From NCBI GenBank assembly GCA_965240325.2, contig OZ251223.1, positions 2,542,001-2,606,000 on the forward strand: a stretch of DNA of 64,000 nt, in the 5' to 3' direction. Positions within the stretch are counted from its first letter, which is position 1, and the number at the start of each line of letters is the position of its first letter. This stretch comes from Rebecca billardiae RCC1528 (lineage: Eukaryota; Protista; Haptophyta). The translations under genes were made by a program, and so were the position numbers. Under the pieces are notes generated by a model that saw only the letters and a program-made list of their open reading frames with translations, did no database searches and was not told where the DNA came from. Shown piece by piece: positions 11,912 through 23,714 of the stretch.

Positions 11912-12778
11912 CTACTCCTTCCCAGTTTTGTCCGTCGAGTCCTTCACCGCCACGATCAGCTCCTCGCCCATCGACGAGAGCACAGACACGATCACATCAG
12001 CAGCGCCCGCCTCGAGCTTCGCTTTGATGTCGTCACACAGCGACGAGTTCGAATCGAGCGGGAGCTTGAGGTCGTCCTTGGTGGAGCCGTCGTCGCAGAG
12101 CAGCGACGCGAAGCCGTCCTCATCGCAGTCGATGATCTGTGCGCGCGCAGCGGGCGCGGGCGCGTCCACACCGCCAGGGCGCGTGAGCGCGCGTCGGCGG
12201 CCATCGGCCCCGGCCAGGGTGGTCGCACCCCTTGCCACACAGCACCATGCGTGCGCGCGCGTGCGCGCGGCGCAGGCTGCGAGCGCACCTGGTACTCCGT
12301 ACGCTGGACGTTGGGCACCGACAGGTTGTGCGACGCGGGGACCAGGTCCTCCATCTTCTTGCCCGTGAAGATGTCGACGGCAACGAAGTGGCACTTTGCG
12401 TGACCGTGCTTGCCAGTCTTCGAGGTGCTGACGTCAATCACCTTGCACGGACGGCCCTTGATGACCATGTGGCCGTTCTTGCGAACGAGACCGGCCTGCA
12501 TCGGGAAAGTGCCCGACGCACCGGAATCGGTCGTCTCGAACTGCTCGGTGTCATCCGCGTCAGCCTGCGCGCGAGAGGCGGGCGCGGGTGGAGGGGGGGC
12601 GGGCCCGAGCAGCGGCGTGCGCAGCACATGTCGGTCAGCCCGCAGGTCGAAGTGAGCGCCGCCGAGGTGAGCATGCCAACCCCACATCGATAACCCGAGC
12701 CAGACCGACCACCAGCCGGCTGCAGGCCCACCCTGCCAACAGCACCCCGGCCGCGCGCTGCGCAGGGAGATTCACCAT
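11912..12778 (-). CDS. eIF5A: Eukaryotic translation initiation factor 5A; exons 12778-12776 (ATG only), 12564-12289, 12136-11912
   Basis: Hypusine motif [34 protein letters not shown]. ccATG|gtgaat donor and cag|GCTGAC acceptor. Confidence 0.95.
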
Positions 12779-13045
12779 GGTGCCCGGATGTCCGCGTAGC
12801 AGCTGACGATGTCTGCGCAGCAAGACGCGCCCAAACGCGCAAGACTTGACGAGTGAGCAGCTGGCCAAACGTCCGGGCCACGTCGTCGCCGGACTCCCAG
12901 GTTCCGCCGTTCCGGGAGCGAAGGCGTGTGCAGCAGGACTAAGCTCAAAGCTGCGCGGCTTGGCTCGCCCAGCGTGGCGGCGGTGGTCTCGGTCCAAGGG
13001 CCGTCTCGGTCGGTGCCCGCGATTTCGAACCGGCGACGACAAGCG

Positions 13046-16000
13046 ATGGGCCCGCGCCGCCTGCGCGGCGCCGGCGGCTCGGTCGCACACGGCGCTGGTG
13101 GGCGACCGTTGGAGCGCAGGTCCTTGCCCTCCACCGTGGTTGCGCTCGTCGGCCTGCTCCTCGTCGAGCTCCACGCCGTCGCGGGCGCGGCAGGCTCTGG
13201 CGGCGGCGCCTCCCGGCCCGCCCGCCTGCCAAACGCGGCGGAGCGCGCGGCCGAGCGGCCGCCGCTGCTGGCGCACGCGGATGGCGCGCGCGCCGCGCAC
13301 GCGGCGCTCGCGCTGGACGCGCGCAGACACCTCGACGCCGACGCCGGCGCGACCGCGGCGGTGCTGCACCCGCGCATGCTCGCGGTCGTGCTCGTCGCGA
13401 TCGCGCTGCGCGCGCTCCGCGCGGTGCTGCTGCTCGGCACGCCGCGCCTGCTCGCCGGGCGTTGGGCCCGAGACGCGGCGGCGCTCGCGCCGGGCTCCCG
13501 CGCGCGCCTGCACGCCGGCCTCGCCATCGGCGCCGCGCTCGCCGCGCTCACCGCCCTGCAGGCCGCGTGCGGCCGGCAGGCCGACTTTTTGACCGAGCGC
13601 GCCGCCGCGCGCGCGCGCGCCGCGATCGCGCTCGAGCTGCACGCGCGCGCGCGGGAGAGGGCGGGCGCGGGCGTGGGCGAGTCCGAGTGCGCGGGCGCGC
13701 TCGCCCTCGGCTGCGCGCTCGACGCCGAGCGCCTCAGCCGCGTCCTTGTCCACCTGCCGTGCCTCGCGCTGCTGCCGCTGCCGGTGGCCGGCGCGCTGCG
13801 CGGCGCGGCGGCGCGCGGCGGTCTCGCGGCCGCGGCGGGCGCGGTGGGCGGCGCGGCGGTGGCGTGCGCGTGCGCGTGCGCGCTCGCTGCGGCGCTGCAT
13901 GGGGCCGAGGCCGCGCTCATGCGCGCGCGCGAGCTCAGCGCCACGCGCCTCAGCGCCGCCATCGCGCCGGGCGCATGCGGCGACGCGCGCGGCGGCGCGC
14001 GCGCCGTGCGCCGCTGGCTGCGGCCCGCGCGGCGCGCCGAGCTGCGCGCGCTCGGCGCGCGCGCGCTGGCGCACGCGGCGCTCGGGGCGCTGGTGCTGTG
14101 CACGCCGCTGCTCATGGCCCTCGCCGCCATCGGCGCCGACTCGCTCTGCGCGCTCGTGCGCGCCGAGCCGAGCGGCGCGGCGCGCGCCCCCCTGCTCGCG
14201 CGCGCGCGCGGCTCGGCCGCGGCGGCGTGCGCGGCGCTGCTTCCGCGCGCCGCGGCGGCGGCGGCGGCGTCGGCCGAGGGCGGCGGCGCGGCCGAGGCGA
14301 GGCCCGCGCGCGCGCTGCAGCCCCGCCCGCTCGAGCTCGTCGCCGCGCTCGGCGCCCTCGGCCCCGAGCTCGCCGCCCTCCCGCACGCGCTGGCGGGCCT
14401 GGCGGAGGGCGCGGCGAGCGCGCGCCGGCTGCGGGCCGCGTGGGCGCGCACGCGGCCGCTCGCCGGTGCGGCTGCCGCCGGGTGGGAGGGCGGCGAGGGC
14501 GCGCACAGGCGGCGCGCGGCTCGGGCGGTGGTGCGCGCGCGCGAACTCAGCCTGTGCTGGGGCGCGCCGCCGCCGCGCGCCGCGCCGCACGCGCCGCCCG
14601 ATCCCCTGCGCGCCGCCGCGTGCCACCAGCCCACCGCCACCGCGCTCGCGCTCGCCGCGGCCGCGGCGGCCGACGCCCGCGGCGCGCGCGCCGCTGGCGG
14701 TGGGCGTGCGGCGGATGCGGCGGAGGGGGACGGCACGGTGGTGCGCGCGCTGAGCTTCGAGGTGCGGCCGGGCGAGCTCGTCGTGCTCACGGGCCCCGCG
14801 GGCAGCGGCAAGAGCACGCTGCTCGCCGCCGTGCACGCCGCGGCCGCGGCTGCGTGCGACGCTCGCGCGGACGGCGGCGCGGCGCGCGCCGCGCGCGCGC
14901 CGCGACTGTGCGGCGGCACCCTCGCCGTGCGCATGCCTCCGGCGGCGGCGGCCGACTCGGCCGTCCGCGCGGACGCGCGCGCGGCGCACGCCAACGCGAC
15001 CGAGCCCGCTGCCGCCGCCGACGTGCTCGTCGCGAGCGTGACGCAGCCGCTGCCGCCGCCGCCCGCCGGCCTTCGCCTCGCAGAGTACGCGCGCGGCGAC
15101 GGCGCGCACGGCCGCCCGGACTGCGAGTCCGGGGCGGCGTGGCCCGGCGGCGCGGAGGGTCGGCGGCGGTGGTGCGCGCGCGTGCTGCGCGCGTGCGGCC
15201 TGGACAACGCCACGCTCGCCGCCGCCGACGCGTCCCGCGCGCGCACCGCCGCCCTCGCGCCCGCGCTCGAGGCGCGACTCGCGATCGCGCGCGCCGCGTG
15301 CGCCGCGCCCGCGCTGCTGCTGCTCGATGGCAGCGCGCTCGCCGCGCTGGGGGGCGCGGAGCGCGAGGCTGTGCTCGGCCGGCTGTTCGGGGACGAGCGG
15401 CGGGGCGTGCGCCGCGTGCTCCCGCCGAGCACCGCCGCCATCGTCGTCGCGCCCGATGCGGACGCGCCGGCCGACGCCGCCGCCCTCGGCGCGGGAGGCG
15501 GCGGCGCGCTCGGCTGCGCGGCCGCGCGCGTGCTCCGCCTGGGCGGGGACGGTGCGGCGCCCGGCGCGCGGGAGGCCGGGGGCGAGAGCGGCGCGCGGCG
15601 CGCGGCGCCGCGCGAGGCGGAGGCGGCGTTCGCGCGCGCCGCGCGGCTCGCGCTCGCGCCGCCGCACGCGCACGCGCGCACGCTCGCGCGGAGCGCGCGC
15701 GCGCCGCCGCGCGCCGCGCTCGCGGCGCGCGCGGCGGCGGCGGCGCGCGGCGGCGGCGCGGCGGCGGCGGCGCGGCTGCAGCCTCGGCCGCCGCGGCGCG
15801 GCGCGGCGCGGCCTGGCGCGCGGCGCGCGCCCCCGCCGCCGATGCGCGCGTGGACGCGCGCGGCGGGCGGTTGGGCCTCCGCCACGGCCGCCACGGCCCT
15901 CGCCTTCGCGCTCGAGGCCGCGCACACCCGATCGCTGGCGGCGCTCTTTGCCGCCGCGCGCGGCGCGCCCAGCGCGGCGCGCGCGGCCGGCGCGGCCGGC

Positions 16001-17943
16001 GCGGCCGGCGGCGCGGCCGGCGGCGCGGCGGGCGCGGCGGCGGGCGAGGCGGGCGCGTGGCTGTGGCGGCCGCTGGGCGCGCACGCCGCGCTCGTCGGCG
16101 CCGCCGCCGCCGCCGCCGCGCTGCTCCACCTCGCGATCGCACTGACACTCGCGCGCGCGGCCGGCGCCCTCCGCGCGGCCGCGCTCGACGCCGCGCTCGG
16201 CGCCGCGCGCCGCCGCTCGGCGCTGGCCGCGGCGGCCGTTGGAGGGCGGCGGCGCGGGGGCGACGGCGGCGGCGAGGACGCGGAGGGCGCGGCGGCGCTG
16301 CGCGGCGCGCGCGCGCTCAACACGCTCGTGCGCGATGGCGCCGGCGCCGAGGCGTCCCTCGCCGCCGCGATCGGCGCGGCGATCTGCGCCGCCGTCGCCG
16401 CGGCCGCCGCCGCGCTCGCGGCCGCGCGCGCGGGCGGGCGCGCCGTCGCGGCCGCCGTCTGCGCGCCGCTGCTGCTGAGCGCGCCGCGCGCGTGGCGCGC
16501 GCTCGGTGCGACGCGCGCCGCGCGCGCCGCCGAGTGCGCGGCGCTCACCCCCGTCGTCGCGCGCCTGCTCGGCGCGTCGGCCGGCGCGGACGGCCGCATC
16601 GTCCGCGCGCGCGGCCGCGCCGCGCCGCCCTCGCGCGCGCTCGCGCGCGCGCTCGACCGCGCGACCGCGGCGCGGCTGCGCGCGGCGCGCGCCGAGCGCG
16701 CCGCCGGGCTCACGCTCGACGCGCTCGGCGCGCTCGCGCTCGGGTGCGCGTGCGCGGCGCTCTGCGCGCGCGCCACCGCCGCGCCGGCCGTCTACGTCCC
16801 GTGCGCGCTCGGCGCGGCGGCGCTCCGCGCGGCCGGTCTCGCCCTCTCGGCCGCCTTGCGCGCGGCGGCTGACATGAGTCACGCAGACAGGCTGGCTGCG
16901 GCGGGCGCGGCGCCGCGTGGCGCCGAGCCGCGCGCGCCGCTGCCCGCGGGCGTGGCGGCGCAGCTGCGCGCGGCGGGCGCGCCGCCGCTGCGCCCGCTCG
17001 ACCTGAGCCTGCTCAGCGCCGAGCTCCTCGCCGTGGTGCCGGCGCCCAGCCGCAGCCGCGCGCGCAGCCGGGGCGCGGCGGCCGACGGCGCCGCCGCCGA
17101 CGCCGCCGACGACGACGCGGAGGGCGCGGCGGACGCGGCGGCGCACGCGCTCGCGCAGCTACTCGGCGGCGCTCGCGCGGCCGAGTGCGGCGAGGTGCGC
17201 CGCGCGCACGCCCACGGCCTGCCCGGGCTCTCGCGGGTGGCGCTCATCCCGGCGCGGCCCGGCGCGGCCGGCGCGGGCGGCGCGCTCGGCGGCAGCGTGC
17301 GCGGCGCGCTCGATCCCGCTGGGCGGTGGGCGGACGAGCGGCTGTGGTCGGCGCTGGCGCGCGCGGGCCTGGGCGGCGCGCGCCCGCTGCTCAGCCTCGA
17401 CGCGCCCGGAGGCGCCGGCGCGCTCTCGGCGAGCGAGCGCCGTCGGCTGAGCCTCGCGCGCGCGCTGCTGGATGCGCACGAGGCCTCCATTGTGGTGGTG
17501 AGAGCGGTGCACCCCGCGCGCGCGCGCGCGCTGCCGCCGCCCCGCGCGCCCGGCGCGACGCCGCGTGAGCCCACCACCTCCGCCCCGCGCTGGCCTGCGC
17601 GCGCGCGCGGCCCCGCCCGCAGGTCGAGGCTCCGGCGGAGGCGCACGACCCGAGCACCGAGGCGCACATCGTCGAGGTGCTGCGCGCCGAGCTGCGCGGC
17701 CGCGCGCGCGTGCTCGTCACACGGGACGCGCGCGCGGCGATGCTCGCAGACCGCGCGCTGCTGCTCGAGGGCGGCGGCGTCGCTGAGCTCGGCCCGCCCC
17801 GGGAGCTGGTGCGCGCGGGCGGCGCATTCGCGCGGCTGGTCTCCGGCGCCGTCTCGGGCACGACCCTGGCTCTGGGCGAGGCGGGCGCGGCGCACATCAA
17901 ACTGAAGCGGCCCCCGCGCACGGACGGCCCCGCCACGGACTGA
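13046..17943 (+). CDS. Highly divergent Ala/Arg-rich ABCC/MRP-like ABC protein; exons 13046-17497, 17623-17943
   Basis: NBD1: LSFEVRPGELVVLTGPAGSGKSTLL, RLAIARA..LLLLDG. NBD2 remnants: GSVRGALDP...DERLWSAL, LSASERRRLSLARALL, DRALLLEGGGVAELGPPRELV..GGAFARLV. Confidence 0.7.
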
Positions 17944-18295
17944 GCCCGAGCCGCGAGCCGCGCCAGGCGGGAGCCTCAGCCGCTCAGCGGCGGGTGGGGT
18001 GGCGGGGGCGCGAGCCAGGGCCCGACTGTCGGCCTCTGTGAGGCATCGTGCGCCGGTTCCACTTTGGTCCGAGGGATCCGGCGGCGGAGCGAGGCAGTGC
18101 CTCGTCATGTGAGTGTGACATGATGTCAGAACGGCCAGGCGCCTCCGACTCCGACCCGACCGCCAGTCCGCCTTGATGTCGGGGCGCCTGTAGAGTGTAT
18201 ATAGTTCGTAGTAGCAGCCAGCAGCAGGCTCGACGCAGCGCACCGTGCGACTCACATCATCATGAAGCCTCCGGGTACTATAGTCGTACATATTC

Positions 18296-19903
18296 TCAGG
18301 CCATGCGCACCCGCCTGGCCATCACCACAGGTCGTACACGCGACGGCGTCGTTACGACGTTGGCTGTGACCAGAAACGGCAGCTGCGCCCGTGGCTGCCG
18401 CGCTGCCACAACGTCCGAGACAGTGGCGGTGCTGCTGCTGCGCTTCCGCTGTCGCTTGGCGGCGCTCACTTGTTTGGTGCTCGTCATGTCTTGCTCCAGC
18501 CCGCGCTTGTGCGCACCACTCCGGGGGGGCTTCATGCCAGCCAGCTTGTGCGTAGCGCACCGGCTGGCGCGCGCGTCGCCCGGCATGCCGAATGAAGGCC
18601 ACTTGGTGCAGCCCGCGTGATCACACTTGCGGTTCTTCACGTCGACCATGCCAGCCAGCTTGTGCGTAGCGCACCGGCTGGCGCGCGCGTCGCCCGGCAT
18701 GCCGAATGAAGGCCACTTGGTGCAGTCCGCGTGATCACACTTGCGGCTCTTCAGGTCGACCATGCCGGCCAGCTTGTGCGTAGCGCACCGGCTGGCGCGC
18801 GCGTCGCCGGGCATGGCGAAGTGAGGCCGCGTGGTGCAGCCGGTGTGTTCGCACTTGCGGTTCTTCACGTCGACCATGCCGGCCAGCTTGTGCGTAGCGC
18901 ACCGGCTGGCGCGCGCGGCGCCGGGCATGCCGAACGCAGGCACCTTGGTGCAGCCAGCGTGATCACACTTGCGGCTCCTCACGTCGACCATGCCGGCCAG
19001 CTTGTGCGTAGCGCACCGGCTGGCGCGCGCGTCGCCGGGCATGCCGAAGTGAGGCCGCGTGGTGCAGCCAGCGTGATCGCACTTGCGGCTCTTCACATCA
19101 ACCATGCCGGCCAGCTTGTGCGTAGCGCACCGGCTGGCGCGCGCGTCACCTGGCATGCCGAACGCAGGCTCCTTGGTGCAGCCAGCGTGATCACACTTGC
19201 GGCTCACCACGTCGACCATGCCAGCGAGCTTGTGCGTAGCGCACCGGCTGGCGCGCTTGTCGCTCGGCATGCCGAAGCGAGGCTGCAATGTGCAGCCAGC
19301 GTGATCGCACTTGCGGTGCATCAGGTCGACCATGCCGGTCAGCATGTGCGTAGCGCACCGGCTGGCGCGCGCGTCGCCGGGCATGCCGAACGCAGGCCCC
19401 TTGGTGCAGCCCGCGTGATCGCACTTGCGGCTCACCACGTTGACCATGCTGGCCAGCATGTGCGTAGCGCACCGGCTGGCACGCGCGTCGCCCGGCATGC
19501 CGAACGCAGGCCCCTTGGTGCAGCCCGCGTGATCGCACTTGCGGCTCACCACGTCGACCATGCCGGCCAGCTTGTGCGTAGCGCACCGTCTGGCACGCGC
19601 GTCGCCAGGCATGCCGAACGCAGGCTGCTTGGTGCAGCCAGCGTGATCGCACTTGCGGTTCTTCACGTCGACCATGCCAGCCAGCTTGTGCGTAGCGCAC
19701 CGGCTGGCGCGCGCGTCGCCCGGCATGCCGAATGAAGGCCACTTGGTGCAGCCCGCGTGAACACACGTGCGGCTCACCACGTTGACCATGCCGGCCAGCT
19801 TGTGCGTAGCGCACCGGCAGGCGCGCGCGTCGCCCGGCATGCCGACGTGAGGCCGCGTGGTGCAGCCGGTGTGATCGCACTTGCGGCTCTTCAGGTTGAC
19901 CAT
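18296..19903 (-). CDS. Cys/His-rich 38-aa tandem repeat protein (EsV-1-7-like repeats)
   Basis: 12 repeats of MVDVxxRKCDHAGCTxxPxFGMPGDARAxRCATHKLAG, then a basic tail (AKRQRKR). The start may lie further upstream (ORF open to 19987). Confidence 0.8.
   Translation of the reverse strand: MVNLKSRKCDHTGCTTRPHVGMPGDARACRCATHKLAGMVNVVSRTCVHAGCTKWPSFGMPGDARASRCATHKLAGMVDVKNRKCDHAGCTKQPAFGMPGDARARRCATHKLAGMVDVVSRKCDHAGCTKGPAFGMPGDARASRCATHMLASMVNVVSRKCDHAGCTKGPAFGMPGDARASRCATHMLTGMVDLMHRKCDHAGCTLQPRFGMPSDKRASRCATHKLAGMVDVVSRKCDHAGCTKEPAFGMPGDARASRCATHKLAGMVDVKSRKCDHAGCTTRPHFGMPGDARASRCATHKLAGMVDVRSRKCDHAGCTKVPAFGMPGAARASRCATHKLAGMVDVKNRKCEHTGCTTRPHFAMPGDARASRCATHKLAGMVDLKSRKCDHADCTKWPSFGMPGDARASRCATHKLAGMVDVKNRKCDHAGCTKWPSFGMPGDARASRCATHKLAGMKPPRSGAHKRGLEQDMTSTKQVSAAKRQRKRSSSTATVSDVVAARQPRAQLPFLVTANVVTTPSRVRPVVMARRVRMA
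18536..19903 (-). repeat. Coding tandem repeat, 12 x 114 bp
   Basis: 1368 bp between the first and thirteenth ATG = 12 x 114. Confidence 0.93.
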
Positions 19904-21675
19904 GCCGGCCAAGCTCGTTGCGCAGCCTGGCAGCCGTGCGCCGAACGACCACCCTTGGCCGAACCGGTTGATGAGCACCCGGAGCACTCGTCCGCAAGAA
20001 TCCGCCGGCCATCTAAAGTTCGTCGACAGTTCGTAGAATCGTAGTAATCTCGCCTGCCTGAGCTGTGTGCATCTCTTATTATTCTTAGTAAACTGTACTG
20101 TGCAAGCTAGATACGTCTCAGTGTCTGTACTACTACTACTCAGTCAGCTCCCGGCGAGGCGAGACGCCGAGCCCGAGGTCGAGGCGGAGCCCTTGCCGGG
20201 CCAGCTTGCCCTACGGTCGACGGAGATATAGCGCGCTATATATTGCGCATGCGCCCATTAGGCTGAATCATAGTAGGCGCCGGCGGCCGCCGCCGCGCCG
20301 CGCCCGCGTTGAAGTCAGCGCGCGTAGTGTGTATCAACGCACGCAAAATCAGTAGCAGCGACGCGACGAGTACCGCATCCAACTCTATCACTTTTATTGG
20401 CGTGACGCAGGGAAGCTCACCGCCGCCGACAACCTCCGGCGTGGGACGCTGGGGTGCACCTCTCCCTAGGAGTCCAGTCTGCCACGGATCATGCGCCCGA
20501 GCTCGGTCGTCCGCGTTGGACGACGTGCTCCGTGCGACCGCCAGCCGACCCGAGAGATGCAGGGCTCCGGGCGCGTCTCCACAGGGAGCCACCGCGGGTA
20601 GCAGCCAGCGGCGCAAGGGAGGTGGCGGCGCGCCTCCTGATGCTCCCCCGCCTCACGCCCGCACGCAGCGCGCAAGTCGGCTCCGCCCGCGCGCCCGCTC
20701 ACGGCGCAGGGCTCGGCCTCGGTTGCTGGAGTGCCGGCTGCTGACGGCTGCTGACGGTGGCAGCAGCACTCACAGAAGCGGAAGAAGAGGCCTCGGCGCG
20801 GGAAGCACGGCATTCCTTTGGCCTCGGCGTGAGGCGCAGGCCCGACGGATTCGGTCACCATCGAGCCGCCGCTCCTCGTCGCGGCGCGCCGTCAAGAAAC
20901 GCCAGGAGCGTAAGGCGGCGCGGCTCAGGCGCGTTCTCGGCCCGCACGGGACCTGCGCCAGGCCCCGCTACTGCTCCCCCCCCCCCCCGCCCCCCCACGC
21001 GGACCGAGACTCGCCCATGGGCGACGCCTCGGACGACGAGGAGGTGCAACAGTCAAGGGCGAAGCGTTCCCTGCCAACCGCAGCAGCGCCGGCCGCCGCC
21101 AGCCAGCCTTCTGAGCAGAGTGGCACCGGCGCGCACGCGGCCACGCAGGGCACACTGGGCCGACGGCCGCGTCACCGCTGGACCAGCCGCCAGGGCATGT
21201 GGTGCTGCACTCTCGCCGAGTCGCCGCCCTACGTATGATACCAGTAGTCTGACGAAGCTGACATTCGATCATCATTCTATGAAATGATTAATGATATTCA
21301 GATTCGTCGCAAGGGTGAGAATTGTATAGGTGTTTGTGATGTGTGTTTGGGACAGGCTAACGGAACCGATCGGTGGAATCGAATATACTGGGACAGCGAT
21401 CTCGGTGAATTCGGCCACCCTCCCTACCCAGCAGGTGTCCTAATTACCAGTACCAACGAATCCGGCCGAACCGAGGCTTCAGGCTTTGATTATTGGCGGA
21501 CCGAACCTCGCATGGGTAAACTTGAATCACTCTTGTTCCCATGACCATTGTTCCAAGGGCGGTAGGTAACGGTGAGAACCCTGCGAATCCCTCGGCGGGG
21601 AAAGCCGAAAAGGTAGTCAAGGTACCCCCTTCGGCAGGACGTTCAACGTGCCCACCTTCCAAGTCCGAAGGTTTC

Positions 21676-23145
21676 ATGCCTCATCACCCACGTCGTCGCG
21701 CGGCCGCGGCGATGACCCCTGATGAGGTCGCGGACGAGCTATCGCCGAGCAAGAAGAGGCGGATGGTGTGGACGACCGAACTCCACGCGAAGTTCGAGAG
21801 CATCGTCCACGCGCTCGGCGGCATCGGCTCGGCCATGCCGGCGGACATCCTGGCCCGGATGGACGAGCCCGGGATGACGAGAGACCACGTGAAGAGCCAC
21901 CTCCAGAAGTACAGCAATCAGAAGAAGGCGGAGGCCCAGGTGCAGGTGCCGCCTCTCACCGTCGTCGCCAATGCCGTCGCCGTGCCCGCCGCCGCTCACG
22001 CCGTCGACGCCCACGGGCATGATCAGATGGGCGTCGGCAACATCCGCGGCGACACCTCTGGCGCGGTGCAGTACGTCTACGCCAGTGCACCGACTGGCCC
22101 CATGGGCGCCCCGCCCGCCATGCAATGGCCGCAGCCAAGCCCCGAGGCGCAGCCGCCGTACCCGGCGTACAGCCTGGCCGCCGCCCCGATGCGGATGGAC
22201 CTCGGCATGCAGCCGCACCCACAGCCGCACCAAAACGCGCAGCCGCAGCCGCAGCCGCAGCCGCAGCAGCCCCTGCAGCCGCAGCCGCAGCCGCAGCCGC
22301 ACCAGCACGCGCCGCCGCAGCCGCCGCAGCCGCACCCCCTGCAGCCGCAGCCGCAGCCGCCGCAGCCCCAGACGTACCCGCACCTGCACCCGCACCCGCA
22401 GCAGCACATGGGCCAGCTACCCCTGCCGCCACCACTGGCGTGGCACGGCCACGGCCCGCCGCAGCACGCGCACATGCAGGGTGCCTCTGGCCACCAGCCG
22501 TGGGCGTCCGTGCAGCAGCACCCGCCGGCGCCGCAGTACGGAAATCCGCTGCCGCAGCCGCCGCCGTTCCACGCGCAGCCGCCGCAGCAGCCGCAGCCGC
22601 AGCACTGCGCATCGCCTCCCCACACGGTGGCCGCCATGCCGTCACATGCCGCCGGTTCGAATGCGTCCGCCCAGCACTCGGCACATTGGCATGGCGAGTC
22701 CACGCGCGTTCTGCCCGGCCACTTGCCGCAGCCTGGCAGCTGGATGACGCCAGCCGTCGGCGCGACGGGCGCTTGGGCCACCCCCACGGCCGCAGCTGGT
22801 GGTGGCGGCAGTTGCAGTGGCACGCCCAGGAGCGTGGCCAGCACCTTCCCGCGGCCGCAGCCGGTGGTCCTCGCGTCCACGGGTCACGCGCACGCAAGCG
22901 TCGACGCCAACGCCGGCGGTGAATCCGTCAGTGACTTTGCGCTTGAGCAGGAGCGCCTGCAGAACGAGATGTCGCGCGTGATTGACCGGATCACCGAGGT
23001 CTTGCGCGTGCGCAAGGCCGCTGGCACGCTCAAGGTCACCGAGGACGAGCGCATGGCGGCGCGCAACCTTCGCTTCGGGCTTGCCGCTCTCATGGCCAAG
23101 TACGACCAACTCGTGTCGATCTGTGAGCAGAGCGCCGCAGCCTGA
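21676..23145 (+). CDS. GARP/SHAQKYF-class Myb transcription factor with Gln/Pro-rich domain, intronless (start uncertain: 21541, 21676 or 21712)
   Basis: KKRRMVWTTELHAKFESIVHALGG...PADIL..M..PGMTRDHVKSHLQKY, followed by a (QP)n tract and a helical C-terminus. Confidence 0.85.
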   Translation: MPHHPRRRAAAAMTPDEVADELSPSKKRRMVWTTELHAKFESIVHALGGIGSAMPADILARMDEPGMTRDHVKSHLQKYSNQKKAEAQVQVPPLTVVANAVAVPAAAHAVDAHGHDQMGVGNIRGDTSGAVQYVYASAPTGPMGAPPAMQWPQPSPEAQPPYPAYSLAAAPMRMDLGMQPHPQPHQNAQPQPQPQPQQPLQPQPQPQPHQHAPPQPPQPHPLQPQPQPPQPQTYPHLHPHPQQHMGQLPLPPPLAWHGHGPPQHAHMQGASGHQPWASVQQHPPAPQYGNPLPQPPPFHAQPPQQPQPQHCASPPHTVAAMPSHAAGSNASAQHSAHWHGESTRVLPGHLPQPGSWMTPAVGATGAWATPTAAAGGGGSCSGTPRSVASTFPRPQPVVLASTGHAHASVDANAGGESVSDFALEQERLQNEMSRVIDRITEVLRVRKAAGTLKVTEDERMAARNLRFGLAALMAKYDQLVSICEQSAAA

Positions 23146-23714
23146 AGGAGCAGACAGCCGGCCGGAGGCGGGCCGCTGCGGCAGCCGGGAGTGAGCGGGA
23201 GTCCGACAGCGGTCCAAGGCTTCCACTCTGACTGACAGTGACAAGTTACCGTCACTGATGATGGCGTTCGGCCCGATCTGCTGCCAGCCTGACAAGTTAA
23301 TCTGTGCTGCTGCAATCAACACGGTCTCATAACGGATCTGCTTTTGCTCTAACACGCATCAATTAATATTATAATAATAATTAACTGAGTATTTAGAGAT
23401 CTTTGTAGTCAGCGGTAAACGCGGATAGTCGCCTCGCGTGACGCGCGATAGCAGAGTTGCAGTGATCAGTAAGTAGCAGCAGTGGTGATTTACATACAGG
23501 TGATTTTCAAGAGCTGATGATGCTGGAGACCACACTGATTGATTGGCTTTGAATCGGATCTCGATATCAAGAAGCCAGGCTTCTTGATCTTCTTGATTCT
23601 GTTCACCGATGAATTGTCCTATTGCGGACTACTCATGCTTAATATGGGCATATATATGAGAATCTTGGGTTACAACCGTGCGCAATAATTGTATTTCCGC
23701 CCCTTTATTCAAGT

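Noticed and set aside
12635-17146. Several >1100-aa ORFs overlapping the ABC-like gene
   Set aside because: Stop codons are depleted at very high GC; only one frame carries ABC motifs.
18536-19903. Regular 114-bp repeats as a CRISPR array
   Set aside because: Eukaryotic context, no unique spacers, and in-frame protein-coding repeats.
21248-21285. Hammerhead ribozyme core (CTGACGA...GAAA); similar CTGATGA-hairpin at 1552
   Set aside because: No proper stem II at 21248, and no GAAA after the hairpin at 1552.
21017-21640. Splicing of the 21017 ORF into the GARP ORF
   Set aside because: The donor at 21233 is phase 0, but the obvious acceptor at 21637 enters out of frame.
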